The notes beneath the pieces were generated by a model. The model did no database searches. It saw nothing but the letters and a program-made list of their open reading frames with translations, and was not told the DNA's origin. Position numbers and translations under genes: made by a program. A stretch of DNA of 64,000 nt from the human T2T-CHM13v2.0 reference genome, Homo sapiens, in NCBI RefSeq assembly GCF_009914755.1, contig NC_060947.1; one strand, written 5' to 3'. Positions 32,737-46,219 of this stretch are shown here, piece after piece (position 1 is the first letter of the stretch; each line of letters starts with the position of its first letter).

Positions 32737-33082
32737 TGCATACCCAAGTATTCCCTAGTTAACTCTTAGTTAACACTTTCAAAATATCAACTGGAATGTC
32801 GCTTCTTCAAATGAACCATCTCTCCCCCAAGACTGAGTCAAATCCCCTTATAAGATACATATACATGCATATATATTTGCATGTATAAATGTATACATAT
32901 TCATGTATCTGTATCCTTCACTGCACTTAGAAGAGTTGTAAATTCACATTTATTTGTGTAATTATTTAACTAACCACTGAGATAAGAACCCATCTAGTTT
33001 TGATGGTCCTTGTATTCCTAGCAAATGTTACAGCACCTGCCTCAGAGTGGGAATGTAATAAATATTTTTTGGATTTTTAAAA

Positions 33083-33578
33083 ATGCAGATCTTTGTAAAA
33101 ATGGAGAAGACCATCATTCTCAACATTGAACCATTGGATACAATAGAAAATGTAAAGGCCAAGACCCAGGATAAGGAAGGAATTTCTCCTGACCAGCAAA
33201 GACTGATCTTCGCTGTCAAGCAACTGGAAGATGGACGTACTTTGTCTGACTACAACATTCAAGAGGAGTCCACTCTTCATCATGTGTTGAGATTTCATGG
33301 TGGTGCTAAGAAAATGAAGAAGTCTTATGCCATTGCCAAAAAGAATATGCATTACAGAAAGAAGATTAAGCTGGCTGTCCTGAAAAACTCCAAGGTGCAT
33401 GACAATGGCAAAATTGGTTGCCTTCATGGGAAGTGCCTTTTAGATGAATGTGGTGCAGGAGGTTTTATGGCCAGCCACTTTGACAGGCATTATTGTGGCA
33501 AATGTTGTCTTATTGCTTCAACAAACCAGACAAGTAATCGTGTATGAGTTAATAAGAGACATGAACTAAGAAAATAAA
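33083..33578 (+). pseudogene. RPS27A: Processed pseudogene of RPS27A (ubiquitin-eS31 fusion); ORF 33083-33547 open for 154 aa
   Basis: Intronless [23 protein letters not shown] followed by [31 protein letters not shown]; parental-type 3'UTR GTATGAGTTAATAAGAGACATGAACTAA and an A-rich tail remnant; frameshift near the C-terminus. Confidence 0.95.
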
Positions 33579-33874
33579 AGTCATAAGTTGAAATAGAGAT
33601 TGTTCAGCCAGTTGACATAAGGTAGAGCACTGACAAAGAGAAGCTGCTCACCTTTAGTGGTGGTTATGTTCGGAGCTAGCAGAAAAGCCTCCTGACTTCC
33701 TCCAGGACTCAGGGAAGGCAGGGGAAGGAGGACTTTGGTGTCTTAGTCCCTTCTCACCTCTTTGGCATTACTTCCTTCCCTCCCAACGTCGCACCTTATA
33801 ATCTACTAACTCCAAACCAACAGGAACTCTCCTCCCACGCCCTACATTCAAACACCCTAGGTTTACATGTGCAG

Positions 33875-33906
33875 GCGCGCATGCACACACACACACACAC
33901 ACACAA
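33875..33906. repeat. GCGCGCATG(CA)n alternating purine-pyrimidine microsatellite
   Basis: Read directly from the sequence. Confidence 0.9.
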
Positions 33907-35152
33907 AGGCTGTTATCTCCCAACTTCCTGAGAAATGCTTATGCAGGATTCTAAATCCTGAGCCCCTTCCAGGGGTTGCCTTGAGCCTTTGCTTCTTCAA
34001 GAGCCCCTCCCTAACCCGAATGCCTCGATACTGAGCTCTGGGCTGTCTGTGTGTACTGCTGTTTGCCATGTAAAATCCCTCCATTGAACACATCTGTCTA
34101 CTTGCCCATCTATCCCAAAGGTCTAGGGGTACATCAATATCAAGGGCCATGTCTTTTCTTGGGATTCCCAGGGTAGCCTCTAATTAAGAAAAATTCACTT
34201 ATTTGAACCAACTTCCCCAAATAGAAAGTTCTAAAAAACGAGGAATCAACAGAAAATTAAGTTCCAGTTTCCTCCTTCACCTCTCCTGCCCCAAAAGTAC
34301 TCTTTTTGGCTGGACTCTTCTTCCATTTTCCCCTTCTAACTGCCTCCAATGTCTCCAGCAGAATGAGAGAGAAGCTGTCCAGGCTGCAGAGAGGAGTGGT
34401 AGCAACTGGATCTCGCCTCAGAAGGTGGGGACAGGGTAGGCAGAGGGAGAATGCATCTCGCTGGAAATGCCAATGCCGCATGGGCCGGGAACTGCAGAGA
34501 GAGCTTCCCTTATTGAAGGAACGAAGTCAGAAAACTGGGAATTGGTACCTTCCAAGAGAGGGAGAGCCAGCAGGTTGGAGAGAGGGTGTGTGAGGTGGTG
34601 TCAGGCTAGTGGACACTGCATATAAAGAATGTCAGAATATAAATGTTTATTTGTTACAGAGTCCTGGTTTCGGGTGACTCCAGATGGAAAGTGCCTACTG
34701 GCGGGTGTTTTGCCTCTCTGCACGGGCACAAGAGTGCTGATAGTTGCTTCTGTCACTTGTTTCATTCCCACGGGAGCATGCTTGCACTTCCCAGGTTAGG
34801 CTTTTGGTCAGGTTTGGGCTTGTGGAATTGTTTCAAATTTTTGACATTATGGTTTTGCAATACCTAGCTTGCCAGGACGCTTGCCCCCAAGCAAGTTCTT
34901 CTCTATCTGCCCCACACAGATGAGGTTGTGTGCATTTTTACCATTACTCTCCAGCGGACCATTCAAATACAAACATACTATATTTGTATCTCAATCACTT
35001 GCACTTGAGTCTCTTTTAAGATTTTTTTTTCTTGCCCACTCAGCAAGTAAATGCCTTGTTTGTGATCACCAAAGTCAAGTGTTTAGACAACCTGCTCAGG
35101 CCCATTATTTTCCCCATTTATTTGATGTCTTTAAAAAAATTTTTTTTAAATA

Positions 35153-35465
35153 TTGGGTATAGTGGCTCACACCTGAAATCCAGCACTTTGGGAGACTGAG
35201 ACAAGATGATTGCTTGAGCCCAGGAGTTCAAAACCAGCCTGGGCAACAGAGTGAGACCCTGTCTCTATAAAAAATTTAAAAATTAGCTGGGCATGGTGGC
35301 ATGTGCCTATAGTTCCAGCTTCTTGGGAGGCTGAGGCAGGAGGATCACTTGAGTCCAGGAGGTTGAGGCTACTGTGAGCTATGATTGCACCACTGAACTC
35401 CAGCTGAGTGAGAGAGTAAGACCTTGTCTCAAAAAAAAAAAAAAAATAAAATAAAATTTTAAAAA
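35153..35465 (+). mobile_element. AluJ
   Basis: Dimeric Alu with A tail. Confidence 0.92.
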
Positions 35466-36027
35466 ATAACCACTTAAGATAACCTGCTAAGTCCCATTAT
35501 TTTCCCCATTTGTTTGATAACTTAAAGAGAATCATTTAGAATAGAAAAAAGTAAGTGACAAAAAAAGAAAAATAAATAAAAAGGAAAAAAGAAAGAAAAA
35601 TTTTTAAAGAAAAACAGGAAAAAAAAGAAAATTTAAAAAGTGAGTGACAAAGTGAAAATATTTGGCTTATCTTCTGAGAGGGGAGGAATTTGAGACTGTA
35701 ACAAACATAAAGAAAGGACATCTATGCGTAAGAAAAAATTATATAATTAATTACCCAGATGCATGAGGTCTAAATGTTCCTGAGTTTGCCTAAATGTCAT
35801 AGTTATGCTAATGACATGTATTCTATTTTATTTTTACTTAGAGACAGAACTGAAGTTTGGGTGGCTGCCAACAAGTTGTTGAGCTTGAAAGCGATGCTAT
35901 AAATTTCCAAGGACATGATTGCAGTTGCATCGGATGTACTTGTCTACTCAGCTGATGTTCAAGTTCAAAATAGAGCTACATTCTGAACATGGGCAATGTT
36001 CTTAAAGGAGAATTTTCAGGGTGTCTT

Positions 36028-36333
<306 letters not shown>

Positions 36334-36454
36334 CAGGGTGTCTTAATATTGTTTGACCTCAGGCAGAATGAGCCAAAGGCAGTGGGGTGTAGGAAGAACG
36401 TGAGACTTGATCTCTGGGAAATGAGCTCCACCACTCAACAGCGTAAGAACTTGT

Positions 36455-37009
36455 TGTGATGGTTAATATTGAGTGTCAACTTGATTGAATTGAAGGATGC
36501 AAAGTACTGTTCCTGGGTGTGTCTGTGAGGGTGTTGCCAAGGAGATTAACATTTGAGTCAGTGAACTGGGAGAGGCAGACCTACTACCCTTAATCTGGGT
36601 AGGCACCATTCAATCAGCTGCCAATGCAGCTAGGATAAAAGCAGGCAGAGGAACATGGAAAAACTAGACTGGATGAGTCTTCTGGCCTCCATCTTTCTCC
36701 CATGCTGAATGCTTCCTGCCCTTGAACATCAGACTCCAAGTTCTTCAGTTTTTGAATTCTTGGACCTATACCAGTGGTTTGTCAGGGGCTCTGGGGCATT
36801 TGGCCACAGACTGAAGGCTGCACTATCACCAGCTTCCCTACTTTTGAGGTTTTGGGACTCAGACTGGCTTCCTTCCTCCTTGGCTTGTAGACAGCCTATT
36901 GTGGGACCTCACCTTGTGATCACGTGAGTCAATACTCCTTAATAAACTCCCCTTTATATATACCTCTATCCTATTAGTCCTGTCCCTCTACAGAACCCTG
37001 AGTAATACA
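36455..37009 (+). mobile_element. Solo HERV-L LTR MLT2A (MLT2A2-like), inserted in a MIR
   Basis: TGTGATGGTTAATATTGAGTGTCAACTTGATTG...GAACCCTGAGTAATACA, 555 bp. Confidence 0.9.
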
Positions 37010-37892
37010 CCTGGGCATGTCCCTTAGCACCTTGGATGAATCCTTAGGTCTGTGAAATAAGGGAGCTGGAGTTGATGGTCTCTAGAATGATTTCTTTTCC
37101 CAAAGTTCCCTGGTATTATTACTTACAGAAAGATAACAAAATGTAACGAAATGTAACAAAAATAGGAAGCAAATTATAACCAAGGCTGAGCCTGTTCATT
37201 TCCACTGAGGTATCTCTGGGGTTTGTGAAAATATAGGAGAGGGTATTAAAGAAAGAGTGCCATGAAAACTGAAACAGAGGAAGTCCAGAGTCCTCTCAGA
37301 CTCTGGGAAAGCCACACACATTATGTGACACACACTTCTTTATATTCAGATAGAGGCAATCTGACATGCACTTCATACATGGATTTGATAACAGGCCATT
37401 TTGAAAATGGGGAAAAATAGCCACATAGAATTATATACAATGATGTTAACTGTACTAATATTGTTAATCTTATAATATTGTTAAAAATAAATATGTTCAA
37501 ATTTATGTTGCTGCTTCCACTCCAAGGACTACCACATTTTTGTATCAAAGGAGCAGAGCATAACACCATTTCTCTTACTGAGTCAATTGGACTGAGCTCA
37601 CCCCACATGTGCTAGAGGAATCAATCTTCATGGAGTGGGATGTCCAGTAGGGCACGTGGATCTAAGGGAGAATATTGAAAGCCAATACAAAATCCATATG
37701 AAATTGTATGACAATTAAGACAGAACAAATTGGAATATTAGATTTCTTTTACATTTCAGAATTTTAACTGCTATTGAGTCCATCAGAAATAAACCTACAA
37801 AAATAATGTCTTCATATTGATGAGCTTTGTTACAGATATCTCCTGTTTCCAGACCAAAGCAATGGAAAACAATGAAGAAAAGGAAAAAATTA

Positions 37893-38185
37893 GGCCAGGC
37901 ACAGTGGCCCATGTCAATAAACTCAGCGCTTTGGGAGGCTGAGGTGGGAGGACCACTTGAGGCCAGGTGCTTGACACCAGCCTGGGCAACACTGTGAGAC
38001 CCTGTCTCCTCATAAAACAGAAAAAATAGCTGGGCATAGTGGCATGCATCTGTAGTCGCAGCTACTTGGGAGGCTGAGGTGGGAGGATTGCTTAAACCCA
38101 GGTGTTGGAGGCTATATGATTGCACTACTGCATTCCAGCCTGGGTGACAAAGCAAGATCCTGTTCCAAAATAAAATAAAATAAAA
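37893..38185 (+). mobile_element. AluJ
   Basis: Dimeric Alu with (TAAAA)n tail. Confidence 0.92.
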
Positions 38186-39203
38186 GTCTGTCTTTGATGA
38201 GGTGAAGAATCATAGAAATACTAAAGCACAATCTATGAAGAAAGACTGTCAAGCCAAATAAAAGTTGAACAGTGTGAAGGGGAGGTACTAAGACAGGGAG
38301 AACACCTCTGATATGTTCTCCAGAATTGGTGGCAAAACCCCTAAGGCAAAACTTTGCTTGAAAAGACAAAGTGGGGATTCAAAGTAAGAATGCAGAAAAG
38401 AATGAGGGAAAGCAGGAATGATCATGGAAACTTTCAGACATAGTGAGATGTAGGCTACAAACATGGTGTGACAGAAGAGATATGACAAACGGCAGCTGCT
38501 TGGCAAGGCTGGTTTACTGAGCAGAAAAGAGTTAATTTTTTCACCCTATCGAAAAAACATAATGGAGTTTCTTTTGAGGCAGAGAAACTCCTTCCTAACT
38601 GTGAGCTATGTCATGTCATAACAGAGAACTGATGGGGGGAAAAGTGCTAAGAGATGACAAAATAATGGCATAGGGGATCCAAGGTATGTATAATTGGTAC
38701 TCTCATAAAAAGAAGGGAAAGTACTATAGGAAAAAAGTCAAAATATGGAAAAAAAGAAGATGTGACAAGAAATGACAGGAAGGGCACAAAACTGTGAAGG
38801 AATCTGAAATCTTTGCATAGACTTATGAGAATATTATGAGGAATCTCAGTTTCAAAGAGGCATGGCTTTCTTTTTTTTTTAAAGCTCAAAATAATAAAGA
38901 AGTCATTTATTTACATGTGGAACAAGAACAGAGAATGGACATGCAATTCTCAAAACTGAAAACTAGACAGTACAATGGCAAATCATCCTAATGAATACAA
39001 GAAGGCTGACATTTCAACAGAAATTATCATGACCACAAAAAAACCCTGTAAATGAACCTAGGTATGACAAGTACATGCACCAAATAGGAAAGGTAGAGTG
39101 CACAGTCAACCAAAATATCGAAAGCCTTTGCAGAAAAGTGTAGAAAAAGTATCAGGAAGTCTTAATCCCAGAATGAGGTAAGGGATCTAAAAATATGAAA
39201 GGA

Positions 39204-39507
<304 letters not shown>

Positions 39508-40320
39508 AAAAATATGAAAGGCATCAAAAGGGGCTTTGAGTTAATATTATAGCTAGAAGAACAAGGAGAAAAACCTCATCTTGGGTCTTATAGCATCAGC
39601 CAAATATGAGAGGCGCTCACAGGTCCTTCTCTGAAGATTATTCTCAAGCCCTTTCTTCCTCAGGGCCAGAGAGTTAACAGTTCTTATTGGTTCTTTCTAG
39701 CTACCACTGTCTTTTCCATCTTTTGATGTTCTCTTTTTTTCTTTCCCACAAAGCCAAGCTACTAACAGTCATTCCTGATTCCCAATACAATACTCCTGTG
39801 TAAAGGTATACACTGCTGCTTAGTTATTTGAGGGCTTAGGTGCTAATCCATATGGGCAAACACATACACTGTAATGAACTTGGGATATAAAACATTTTCC
39901 CCGTCCAAAGGCATCTAACTACCTCTCCTCTGCCCTGGGGCACTTCACAGCTCCCCTTTTGCACACATTTGTGTTTCTTTAGGTAAAGCTGACACTGTTT
40001 TTAGTTATTTTGTGCAATATGGAGAGAGGAGCATGAGAAACAAATAGTGGATTTCACTGAGTTTTTCCTCCCAAAAGGCCATTAATCAAAGGGTAGAACA
40101 ATAGGTGGGAACTACTGTGCTCAGGTAACTGCTTGTCTGAGAATTTGGGCATGTGTGGGAATCATTCCAACTTCCAACACATAGCTTGTCAGGTCCCCTG
40201 TGCACTACCAAGATCTCTTTGGGTCCTTGCTTCTAAAATTATGGAATGGCTGTGGTCTTTTCACAACCTACCCAAATTCATTGGAATAAAAAAATAGTTT
40301 CAATTTCCATTTTTTCCTCA

Positions 40321-40428
40321 TATATATATATACACATATATATGTATATATATACATTTTTATACATACATATGTGTATATATATATGTGTGTGTATATA
40401 TATATGTGTGTGTGTATATATATATACA
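40321..40428. repeat. (TA)/(TG)/(CA) compound microsatellite at an Alu tail
   Basis: Read directly from the sequence. Confidence 0.9.
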
Positions 40429-40732
40429 TTTTTTTTTTTTTTGAGATGCAGTTTCACTCTTGCTGCCCAGGCTGGAGTGGAGTGCCATGGGGTGATCTCG
40501 GCTCACTGCAACCTCAAACCTCCTGGGTTCAAGTGATTCTCCTGCCTCAGCCTCCCAAGTAGGTGGGATTACAGGTACTCACCACCACACCCAGCTAATT
40601 TTTTGTATTTTTAGTAGAGACAGGGTTTCACCTTGTTGGCCAGGCTGGTCTTGAACTCTTGACCTCAAGTGATCCACCCGCCTTAACCTCCTAAACTGCT
40701 GGGATTACAGGCATGAGCCACCGCACAAGGCC
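40429..40732 (-). mobile_element. AluS
   Basis: Antisense dimeric Alu. Confidence 0.93.
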
Positions 40733-41149
40733 CCTCCCATAATTCTTTTACTTAATGGTTTGACATCCTCTGCCTTTGCTGGTTTGGAAGTACTAACTGA
40801 AAAAAAATAAATAAATAAACAAAATGCAACAATTATTAGCAGAAAATCCCACAATGGGATAAGTTTAACAACTTGTTTTGAGGGCAGGGCTGGGTTGTGT
40901 ATTTGTTTGTAACTATAATTCTATATATTCTATAGAATACTTGTCATATATGCTAGCTTTGGCTAGCCATATTAATCATAAAATGAAAATAGCTATCAAT
41001 AATCATAGTCCTTCAGAATATCAAGGTGTCCTATAGGGAGTACTGCAAATTCTAGGTGTTCCATCACCTACATAATGGTAAAAACCATTTACTAGTTCTT
41101 CTACAGCAAGACAGAATATCTCCTGGACTTTTATTTTCCTGCTTCTTCT

Positions 41150-42400
41150 CTTTCAGAATAGCCTGCAGAGAGGTGATTGTGAAGTTAAAATATAGAAGAA
41201 CATTAAAATCCTAAAACTATGAGGAAGTTACAAGAGAATCAAGTTGTGAAAGAAATATTTTCCAGCCTGAATAAGCTGCTTCTTAAATTTGTGAAAAGCT
41301 TACAATTTTTCTGGACTTATCATTGATAATGTTGAGAAATCATTTATAAAATAGTGCAGATTTCCATCTAGAAAACTGAAAATTAAAATGAACAAATGTT
41401 CTGATTTTTCAAAGATTAGAAGAACATGAATTGCACAAATGTGAGAGCAAGAAGATGGGGTGTTGGGCAGTGTCAAATGCGTGCCACAGAGAAGTCAGGC
41501 AGAGGGAGTTGAGAGAGGACGCTGAGTTTGGGGATTAGAAGTTACGTGAGATTGCTGAGAAAGCAATTTAGCTTTGAGAAAACATGAGCTTAATGTCATC
41601 CCTGAGGATACTTTGAAAATGGATTATTTTAAGGATCATTGGTGAGTACTTAAGTCAGAAAGTGGAGGTCATGTTGAGTCAGAATGGGCTCATTTTGAGT
41701 AAGTCATGCCAGACTAAACTCATTTCACTGGACTGATAAGTACAAGAAATGTAGTAGACTAGAAGGATTGTATCTCCTTTGGAGCTAAAATAATTGACAA
41801 GCTTTTTCATCATAGTCTTGTGGACCTGGTGAGGATACAATTAAGATCAGCTTACAAGTATTGACACTGAGGATTAAGAGATGGATGTCCACCTGGAGGG
41901 GTGTTTCTCAGGGTCCCTCTCTGGCTGTCTCCTGTTGGCCATTTTAGCTAATGATTTGGATGAGTAAAAGGATGGTGTGGGAATCAGAGCTGCCAATTTG
42001 GGGAAGCTGGGATGACGAGATAATAATGCCTTGTATGACACAATTGAGACCAAAAGAAACCAGGAATGGAAAAGAGAAATGAAGAAACAAGCTTCAAAGG
42101 AGACTTGCTGGACTAGATCAATGGACTGAAGCTAACAAGATGAAGACTGATAGCAGCAAAGTACTACTCTTGTTCAAATATACCAGCTACACAAGTACCG
42201 AGTAGGGGAGACAGGGATGAGGGGCTACACAAGAAAAATAATCAGGGCAATTGACTGTCAGGGCAATATGAGACTTTAGTCTTTCTCCAGCCGAAAAAAA
42301 AAACCTCACAAAAAACAACCTCATATAACTTCCAACAATTGCAGTATAAATGTAGTGTTGAGCATAATGAAAGTAACCTCAATTTGTACCTCACTTTGAG
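41150..42400 (+). mobile_element. L3/CR1 LINE relic (RT region), very diverged
   Basis: CR1-like motifs AAATGTTCTGATTTTTCAAA, AAGTCATGCCAGACTAAACTCATTTC, AATGATTTGGATGAG, TGGACTGAAGCTAACAAGATGAA. Confidence 0.6.
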
Positions 42401-42869
42401 TGATGGTTTTCATTAGAATAATCGAGAGCACATGCTAATTACTAAAAAGTATCTTTGATATTTATGCAAATTCACAATTAAGAATAAAATTTGATTAACC
42501 ATGTAACTTTGGGGTTGGAAAAATGAATTTATTCAGTGTGAGTGGTATTATAGTCTCTGATGAACAGATCACCCACAGAGCTGTGGAGTTTTGTCCTGAG
42601 TGCCCAACAATATGTTTTCAGAGAAAGATGACTACTACGGCAAAGAACCAAAATGCAGACAGATGAATAAGTAGGAGAAAGGGAGAGGAGGGAAAAGAGG
42701 CTGGGAACTGGTGGGGAAAGGGTGGGGAATGAGGATCAAAGACTAAGCACGGTAGAGGGACACGCTCTGTATTTGAACTTTTTTTGATGATCCATATAGC
42801 TGGGTGACTTTTCTCTATGTCTGTGTCCAGACTTCTGGGTACAGGGAGTGATAAGCGCCATGCAATCGC

Positions 42870-43100
42870 CATAGTACCTGATCTCAGGTAACCTCCCTCA
42901 TCATACACTGTGCTTTGTAACATTTCACACAACAATAACTAGACCACCATGTGAGTACTTCTCTTTCCCCTCTAAACACTAAGATAAGTCCATGGGAGCA
43001 GGGCGACTGTGTTGGTCACTTTCATCACTATGTCTTTAACGCCACCTATATAGCCATACGTAAGCACATATGAAACACTCTATAAAAAAAGTTTGAATTT
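42870..43100 (+). mobile_element. L2 3'-end fragment
   Basis: TAAGTCCATGGGAGCAGGGCGACTGTGTTGGTCAC..TTTCATCACT... Confidence 0.55.
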
Positions 43101-43149
43101 TTGAACATTGCTCAGCGATTTAATAGATTCCCTACATGGTGGAAATTTA

Positions 43150-46060
43150 AAAATAGGAAATATAAGAAGAAGAAACACCTCAAGTTAGTATCACAACATT
43201 GCAGCCTGAGAAGAAAAAATACATTCTTTCAATACAATGAGGTACATAAAATAGTAATGAAAATTGACCACTTATTAGTTCATAAAGCAGGTTTTCAATA
43301 AATTTCATCAGGTTGGTGTATAGACGTCACATTTTTTCCCATATGCACTAGGTTAGAAATCAAGAAAGCAGAGATGACTATTTTAAGTGAAATTTTAAAA
43401 CACACATTTTAAAAACTCAAGGGGCTGCACTTCAAATAGGGTGCAGTATATACTGCTGGGGTGATGGGTACACCAAAATCTCACAAAGCACCACTAAGGA
43501 GCTTACTTGTGTAACCAAACACCACCTGTTCTCCAATAGCCTATGAAAATAAAAAATAATAATAATAATTTAAAAATTAAAAAAAAAACCCTCAACGGTC
43601 AAAAAAGAAACTGTAATGGAAACTGAAAATATGTGTAAACAATAATAGTATTAAATATTTTTTAAAAAAGAGAATACCATTAGGGCAGTACCTAGTGGGA
43701 AATTTAAAGCCTTGAATGTAGAGATTCGAGGTGAAAATAGGGCAGGAATCAAGACATTGTGTATCCACCAAAGGGAGCTAGGGAAGGAACAACGGATTAA
43801 ACCTCTGTAAAGTAGAAAGAACAAAGTACTAAGACTGAAAAACGTCTAGCAAGACTGAATAGAAGCGAGATAAAAAGAGAGCGAGAGCAAGAGAGAGAGG
43901 AAAAGAGAGAGAGAGAGAGAGAGAAACAAACACACACTACTGGAATTTGTAAAACCCACAAATGTAAATACTATAGAGATAAAAATGATAGCCTTGACAG
44001 CTCTACACCAACAAACTTAAACTTAAATGTTCAAAATCCTAGAAAAATATAACTGACTCAAGAAGAAACAGATAAACTAAAAAAACAAACGAACAAACAA
44101 ACATAAACTGAGTCAGTGGTTTAAAAATCTTTCCACCAAAGAAAAATCTAGGCCCAGTTGGTTTAATATGTTAATTCTCACAAACAATCCACAAATAATA
44201 CCAAACCAATGTAACTCCTCCAAGGAGTGAAAAAATAAGAAATTTACCCCAATTCATTTTATGAGACTAGTTAACTTTAGTAATCAAATTATCCAAGGAA
44301 AGACATTTTTATTAAATATAGGAACAAATATGAATAGAAACAAATACATTTATAAAATATAAATAAAAAATATATAAATAGAAACAAATATAAATAAAAT
44401 AGAAAAAAAATTACAAAGACCAACTCATTAATCACCACAGAAAAACCTATAATGATCATTTTAACAGATGAAGAAAAAGCATTTGATAAGGTCACTATTT
44501 ATTCCTGATTTTTTTTACAGATTCTTAGCAATTAGGAATAGAAAGTAACTCCCTTACTCTGATAAATAATACCTAGTTTAAGAAACATAATTGAAACATC
44601 ATATTTAATTGTGAAAAGGTAAAAGTTTTCCTATTTAACATTGTTAGTGAGATTATATTATATTACATATAATATAATATTAAATAATTGTATCAAGCTT
44701 CATCTTGGGGGAAAATTCTAGCTCAATAAAATAAGAAAACAATAAAGTATATAAATATTACAAAGAAAAAAGCTGTTATCATTGCTTGCTTATTCATTGT
44801 CTACCTAAAAAAACCCTCAAACCTCAAAGAATATTTAGATACATTATTAGAATTAATGAGGGTTTTTGATGATTGCTGGATACAACATAAATATTCATAT
44901 CACTTGTATATCTTAATACTGGCAAAAATTAGAACATATATTTTTTAGAAAATAGCTTTCATGAAAGCCACAAAATATAAAGAATTAGTACTGAATAGAA
45001 TAAAATTTGTTCAAAAACACTTTATTGAAAAATTATAGAAATACTGAAAAATAACAAAGTAAAAATAAGTGACAAGTTATAGCATAATCTTGAATAGGAA
45101 GACACAACATTTTCAAGAAGTCACTACTCCTCTATTCAATCTGTAGATAGATTTAATTTCAGTCAAATGCCAAGAAGATTTTTAGGGAAAATTTGATTCT
45201 AAAATATATATGAAAGAACAAAGAGCCATAAATAACCAAGATACTTCTGAGAAAAAGAAGAAGATGGAAAAACTTATTCTATTCAGAATTAATATAAAAT
45301 TTTGGTGGTTAAACCCATGTAGAATTAGGACTGGAACAGACATACTAGACAATTCAAAAGATAAAGAGCCATTTGGGTCATGAACAGACGCATTGACCAG
45401 TGAAAAGAATCGAGATCAGAGAAACAGACTTAAGTCCCTTGAATTTTCATGTATAACGGAAAGAGATTTTCTGATGTGTGGGAAAATACAAAATAAATGG
45501 TACTAGGACAAGGGGTTATTTATACATACGGAAAAAAGGAGAGCTCAAACTACATCTCACACTCTACACAAAAATAAAATCCAGATGATTGAAAAATTTA
45601 AATGCCAAAGTCAAATGCTTAACACTTCACAAGACAATTTAGGGGACAATCTCATGTCCTATGGATAGGAAAGCACTTCTTAAATCAAATAAAATAATAA
45701 TCAATAGCCATAAATAAAAAGAGACACAAACTTGACTATATTCAACAAACTTCAGTTTGTCAAAAAATGCCATAAAGAGAAAAAATTAAGCCATAAATAA
45801 AAGATGATATTTGCAACACGTAAGTCACCATGGCTCAGTCTCTAGACTACATTTAAAACGTCTAGAAATCAATATAAAAAAGATAAACCACCCAACAGAA
45901 AAAAATAAAGAAAATACCTGAATGAAGACTTTGTAAAAGAGGAAACACAAAATCATATGGAAAGATGTTCAATCTCATTAATAATCAGGAAAATGAGACA
46001 TAGATATTGTTTTATACTCATCAGATTGGCAGAAACTTAAAAATCTAGAAATATCAGCTG
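43150..46060 (+). mobile_element. Old L1M ORF2 relic (highly decayed)
   Basis: A-rich sequence with L1 motifs (CTCAAGAAGAAACAGA, TCATTTTATGAGACTAG, GAAAAAGCATTTGATAA, GATGTTCAATCTCATTAATAATCAGGAAAATG). Confidence 0.75.
43437..43588 (+). mobile_element. L1PB-type 3'-end fragment nested in the old L1M
   Basis: GGGTGATGGGTACACCAAAATCTCACAAA..CACCACTAAG..AACCAAACACCACCTGTT plus A-rich tail. Confidence 0.75.
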
Positions 46061-46219
46061 AGGTGCCCATATCAGCTACCAAGGTAAATGTGGAGGCAAA
46101 ATTGCATATGGTGGGTTTTCAATGGGAAATGCTGACAATGTACTGGAGGACTCTAAAACTTGCTTCAAGACTGGCAAATGTTTTCACCGACTTTGAGAAT
46201 ATTAAAACTAGATCAAATG

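Noticed and set aside
42703-42727. Canonical G-quadruplex motif
   Set aside because: A single motif with no promoter or CpG-island context; expected by chance at this scale
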